Positions 36,393 to 38,840 of a stretch of DNA of 38,840 bases are shown here, piece by piece (position 1 is the stretch's first letter; each line of letters starts with the position of its first letter). The position numbers and the translations under genes are program-made. The stretch comes from a virus (Duplodnaviria > Caudoviricetes), in the IMG/VR virus record IMGVR_UViG_3300038317_000262, positions 1 to 38,840 of that record; one strand, 5' to 3'. The notes beneath the pieces were generated by a model that was not told where the DNA came from, ran no database searches, and saw nothing but the letters and a program-made list of their open reading frames with translations.

Positions 36393-37475
36393 ATGATTAT
36401 CCGCAATAGTTCCTATTATAAATTCTTGATTTGAAATCGGGTGTGTAAGTGAGGGCAGCTACCAGAAGCCGGTCAAACTGCTTCTCACCGAAATAACGCC
36501 TGTTGAACTTGTAACAGAACTGATTTAGATAATATTGTAAGTATTCGGGTTTCATTTTGTAATATACGCCCAATAATTGTCGCTTGGCATTACTTATTGC
36601 CGTATGGACCCAGGGCAGGACACTGGGGAGCTCCTTGGGTGGGATGACAGATGCCGTATGCGAATGGACATGTTCTTTTAATTGTGTATAGGAAGTCGAA
36701 TCATCGGTGGTTAAATCCGCCGTGTTCTCGATGTGTTCTTTGACATTCTTTGTGATTGTATCGGACTTCAAATCGTTGATTACTTTCATTTTCAGGTATC
36801 TGACCTTCTTTGGTTTCTTGCCTGCTTTTGGACTTTCAACTGTTTTGCTTTCAGCCATTACCAATACTTTGGTCTTTTTCTGACTGCCGCGGCCGCGTTT
36901 CAACGGTTTATCCCTGTCTTCAAGGGATATTTCCGTGGAAAAGAAGGCATCGTCCAGCTCGATGGCACCTTCAAGTGTGTACTCATCATCACGCTTGCCC
37001 ATCACGTCACGCAGCTTATTGACCATTTCCCATATCGGCTGATAGCGCTTGTGTCCTAATTGGCGTTGCAGTTCAGCCGTAGAGAAGGAACCCTTGGTGG
37101 CTGTGAGCAGGTGCATGGCGACGAACCAGTAACGGTAAGGCAGGTTGGAGTGTTGCATGACAGTGCCTGAACGCAGGGTTTGGCGGGCATGGCAACTCTT
37201 GCATTCATAGGCTTGTTTGTTTTGAAGCCAGTAATGTTCTTTACAATTACAATGACGACAAGTTATACCCATTTGCTCTCTTAGTTCTTTGAATTTTTTC
37301 CGACAGGACTCCTCATCGGGGTAATTTATGGCAAAATCCAGGATATTCATAGCTCGAATTATTTTATTGTTGTTGATGTAAATATAATGGATATCAATGA
37401 TTTGTGCAAACATTTTTGAAACTTATTTATAAATTTTTCCCGCTAAATTCTTTAGGAAGAACTGCGGATAATCAT
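36393..37475. mobile_element. IS1595-family insertion sequence
   Basis: 23-bp terminal IRs ATGATTATCCGCAatagTTCCTA / ATGATTATCCGCAgttcTTCCTA (20/23); no flanking direct repeat. Confidence 0.92.
36397..37350 (-). CDS. IS1595 (ISXO2-like) transposase, 317 aa from ATG 37350
   Basis: Zn ribbon CRHC...CKSC, IELDDAFF, KRGRGS, TTDD, YLNQFCYKFNRR. Confidence 0.93.
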   Translation of the reverse strand: MNILDFAINYPDEESCRKKFKELREQMGITCRHCNCKEHYWLQNKQAYECKSCHARQTLRSGTVMQHSNLPYRYWFVAMHLLTATKGSFSTAELQRQLGHKRYQPIWEMVNKLRDVMGKRDDEYTLEGAIELDDAFFSTEISLEDRDKPLKRGRGSQKKTKVLVMAESKTVESPKAGKKPKKVRYLKMKVINDLKSDTITKNVKEHIENTADLTTDDSTSYTQLKEHVHSHTASVIPPKELPSVLPWVHTAISNAKRQLLGVYYKMKPEYLQYYLNQFCYKFNRRYFGEKQFDRLLVAALTYTPDFKSRIYNRNYCG

Positions 37476-37497
37476 ATTAAATATTATAAACAATCTT

Positions 37498-38115
37498 ATG
37501 CATATGAAAAATGAAAACAGAGAATTAATAATAGAGTCATTAGTGCAAGCAATACCATATATAGGAGGCTCTCTGGCTACTTTATATTTCGGTAAAAAGC
37601 AAGAAAAGAGATTTAAACGACTTGAATACTTCTATCAAGAACTAAGGGCTGAAATTGAAAGTATTGGAAATACCTTCCCTGATATTTCTTCTCATGATCC
37701 GGAAGAACTATCTGCAATACTTGAAGAGTTAAATGAAAAAGTTGAAACAGAACATCTCGAGGTTAAACGTAAATACTACAAAGAATATTTCAAGAATACA
37801 ATGCGTTTTCCTGTTAAAAACAACTTTGACGAGAGAAAATTGTTTCTGGATATTCTAAGTGCATTAACTCCTTTACAAATTGAATTGGTAATATATCTTT
37901 CAATGCAATCTGGTCCAATACTTGGTTCTAGTGTGTCTAAACCTGGGGTTGATCAAGCTGTAATTGCTGGTTCACTTGCACAATTAAAGACTTTTGGAAT
38001 TACGGATAATGTATTAAACAGTATTTTTCTGGGTGGCAATAGTAGTGGAATTAATGAAAATATTTCGTTAAGTAGATTTGGGAAAAGATTTCATTCATTC
38101 TGCTTAAAATCATAG
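37498..38115 (+). CDS. Hypothetical protein, Abi-alpha/DUF4393-like
   Basis: AIPYIGG N-terminus; FLDILSALTP...LKTFGI...LSRFGKRF winged-helix C-terminus. Confidence 0.5.
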   Translation: MHMKNENRELIIESLVQAIPYIGGSLATLYFGKKQEKRFKRLEYFYQELRAEIESIGNTFPDISSHDPEELSAILEELNEKVETEHLEVKRKYYKEYFKNTMRFPVKNNFDERKLFLDILSALTPLQIELVIYLSMQSGPILGSSVSKPGVDQAVIAGSLAQLKTFGITDNVLNSIFLGGNSSGINENISLSRFGKRFHSFCLKS

Positions 38116-38244
38116 TGAAGTATCTTCGTTATTGGATAAGGAGTACTCATTTATAATTTATTTAAGTATAAATGGATGTGATCAAGAAATTAGACCAAAA
38201 TATAATCTAATACTTCAGATCAAGAGATTTTATTTGTTAATATC

Positions 38245-38840
38245 ATGGCTAAAATTCATACTTTAAAGATTAATAATTACAGATGTATTGAAGAGTTTGA
38301 ACATGTTTTCAATGACAACTCTTTTGTCTGCTTAATCGGTAGAGGGGACTCAGGAAAGTCAACTCTGTTGCAAGCAATCGTTGCTGTTTTGTCTCCAAGT
38401 TGGGATTATCGATTTTATGATACGGATTTTTTCAATGGTGATACCGAGAATTCTATAATTATTGAGGCAAGTTTGTATGACTTGCCTGCCGATTTGTTAA
38501 AAGAATCGAAGTTCGGTTTATATAAAAGGATTTTAAATAGAAATAACGAAATCATTGATGAAATATCGGCTGAAGGTGCAGATGGAAAAGATTTACTAAC
38601 TATTCGGTTAACAGTTGAGAGCGATCTTGAGCCGAAGTGGCATGTTATAAACGGTAGGGACAACCAAGAGGATATTGAGATAAGAGCGTCCGACAGAGCT
38701 AAGCTTAACACGTTTATTGTCACGGATTTTATAGATAGGCATTTCTCGTGGGGTAAGGGGAGTCCCTTGTATTCTCTGTTAAAGAGGGACGGGGAGGAGA
38801 TTGATACTGATCAAATAATTGTTGACGCAAACAGAGGGGC
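38245..38840 (+). CDS. OLD/GajA-like ABC ATPase (ATP-dependent nuclease), 3' end outside window; not in ORF track
   Basis: MAKIHTLKINNYRCI...CLIGRGDSGKST Walker A...FYDTDFF; frame open to the window end. Confidence 0.8.
   Translation, partial: MAKIHTLKINNYRCIEEFEHVFNDNSFVCLIGRGDSGKSTLLQAIVAVLSPSWDYRFYDTDFFNGDTENSIIIEASLYDLPADLLKESKFGLYKRILNRNNEIIDEISAEGADGKDLLTIRLTVESDLEPKWHVINGRDNQEDIEIRASDRAKLNTFIVTDFIDRHFSWGKGSPLYSLLKRDGEEIDTDQIIVDANRG

Noticed and set aside
3131-37059. Numerous + strand ORFs of 60-180 aa
   Set aside because: Antisense shadows of longer, motif-bearing - strand genes
38415-38723. 102-aa - strand ORF
   Set aside because: Antisense to the OLD-like ATPase starting at 38245

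Overview
Bacteroidota (TAnnTTTG-type promoters) chromosomal window. It holds a ~36 kb siphovirus-like prophage integrated at the 3' end of a tRNA-Cys(GCA). A tyrosine integrase is on +; nearly all other phage genes are on -. Reading right to left: VapE/VirE-like replication ATPase with an iteron/palindrome origin, ClpP protease, capsid, tail tube, terminase, a regulated accessory block (JAB/RadC, XRE regulator, small genes, a C4/CI-like antisense leader), spanin-like genes, portal, holin/amidase, neck genes, tail fibre genes, a complete diversity-generating retroelement, tape measure and baseplate. The DGR order is target/VR - hairpin - avd - TR - RT, with 15/15 TR-VR mismatches at template adenines. 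The prophage is cut at ~36.39 kb by an IS1595-family element with no target duplication. Beyond it lie non-phage, defence-like genes (Abi-alpha-like protein, OLD/GajA-like ATPase running off the window). Less obvious signals: six exactly spaced GTCTTTT-N20-TAnnnT(T/C)G promoters, a duplicated operator plus covarying 5' leader hairpin, nested spanin-like ORFs and a microprotein coupled to the RT. All product calls come from motifs and synteny; no searches were run.
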